A DNA stretch of 64,000 nucleotides from Octopus sinensis (lineage: Eukaryota): contig NC_043014.1 of the NCBI RefSeq assembly GCF_006345805.1, forward strand, positions 30,504,001 through 30,568,000. The letters are read 5' to 3'. Of this stretch, positions 62,735 through 64,000 are shown piece after piece. A model generated the notes under the pieces. That model ran no database searches. It saw only the letters and a program-made list of their open reading frames with translations, and had not been told where the DNA came from. Both the position numbers and the translations under genes were made by a program. Position 1 is the stretch's first letter. The number at the start of each line of letters is the position of its first letter.

Positions 62735-64000
62735 AATAATAATAATAATAATTGTGTACAGTGCTCAGGTGCACTACAACTCATCTAAAGTGTATATATA
62801 ATCAGGTGTAGTTTCGGCGGATTTCGGAAAGCATGAGGGCCTTAAAAGATGCAGTGTCATGGCAGTCAACAACTGACGCAGGCAGTTTATTCCATGCTTC
62901 AGCAACTCTGAGCGTGAAAAAATGTTTCCGAAAGTCATGAGAGCTGTATTGTTTTCTGACTTTGTAGGCATGTCCACGTGTGTTAGACACATGGAGATCA
63001 AAAAGGTGTTCAGTGTTGTTGTTGGTGAGGTGGTTGATAACTTTGTGGGTGTTTACCAAGTCCGTCGCCAGACGCCGGAGCTTCAGTGAATCCATGCCCA
63101 GGGAAACAAGGCGCTCAGAATATGGTAGGTGTCTGATGGAGGGTATGCGTTTGGTTGCACGTCTCTGGACAGATTCCAGGAGGTCAATGTTCTGTGCAAG
63201 ATAGGGGTTCCAAACTGATGATGCAAATTCCAAGTGTGGTCGTACCATAGCTGTATACAGTTTTAAATAGATGGCTGGAGAGCGGCTAACAAAAGACCTG
63301 CTGAGTGATGCCAAGACACCCTCGGCCTTCCTGACAATCTTAGAGATATGCTTTGTCCAACGCAAATCACTGCTGACAGTGATGCTTAGGTCACGCTCGC
63401 AAGAGGATTTCTTGATATCAGTGTTGTGGAGGGAGTATGTGGACGCAGGGTCTTTTCTCCCAAAATGCATGGTGGTACACTTGTCCACAGCCAGTTTCAG
63501 TTGCCAGTCTGTGATCCATTGCTGCATTGTGTCTAGGTCTGATTGCAGGAAAGAGTTGTAGACATCAGGATCTGTCCTCTTGATTTCAAGGTACAGCTTG
63601 ATGTCGTCTGCATATTTCAATACTGTGGCATTCTTTAAATTGGCATCTATGTCGTTAATGTATGCCACAAATAAGAGGGGACCAAGGACAGATCCCTGTG
63701 GTACACCCGATGACATCTCATATGGTGTAGAGTGCTGTCCTAGAACTGTGACAACCTCCTTTCGGCTGAGGATGAAGGATTTCAACCAGTTAAAAAGGTC
63801 ATCCCCCACACCCATTGCAGAGAGTTTCACCATAAGCCTTTTGTGTGGCACAGAGTTGAAAGCCTTAGCAAAGTCAAGGTAGACAACATCCACCCATGAG
63901 CCACTGTCAGTAATCTGAGTAATGTCCTCAAGGAACTCGACAAGCTGGTCACTGCAGCTGGAGTTAGGGACAAATCCATATTGTGAGGGTCGGATGAGAC
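62735..64000 (-). mobile_element. Young CR1-type LINE: 3' part of ORF2 (reverse transcriptase) and 3' end
   Basis: Uninterrupted frame from the window edge to the stop at 62802, with QYGF, YLDFAKAF, GVPQGSVLGP, YADD and ...LESVQRRATK motifs; 3'UTR hairpin agtgc-acctga-gcact and (TTA)n tail. Confidence 0.95.

Noticed and set aside
62980-63882. + strand ORFs overlapping the CR1
   Set aside because: Antisense shadows of the RT reading frame

Overview
This is AT-rich, microsatellite-laden eukaryotic genomic DNA. The SINE families, (TA)n/(CA)n/(GAT)n tracts and long introns resemble an octopod cephalopod genome (inference, not searched). Most of the window is intronic and filled with repeats: several tRNA-headed SINE families, RTE- and CR1-type LINE fragments including a young CR1-type ORF2 at the right edge, TTAA-flanked piggyBac-type MITEs, hAT and mariner MITEs, a decayed hAT transposase, a full-length DD36E Tc1/mariner, a Helitron-like remnant with 23-aa STPR-type repeats, and a Penelope-like inverted/direct repeat complex. 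Reading splice signals by eye gives a + strand gene of short, phase-compatible exons (4059 to 45181). It has two candidate micro-exons, a stop codon supplied by a SINE end, and a product I cannot identify. A candidate first coding exon of an antisense gene lies in a CpG-rich island at 31.5-35 kb. A 1.57-kb tandem duplication looks like an assembly artefact. Nearly all ORFs in the supplied track are microsatellite or repeat noise. There is no CRISPR array, rRNA or genuine tRNA gene, and no clearly novel system is proven. The best leads are listed as findings.
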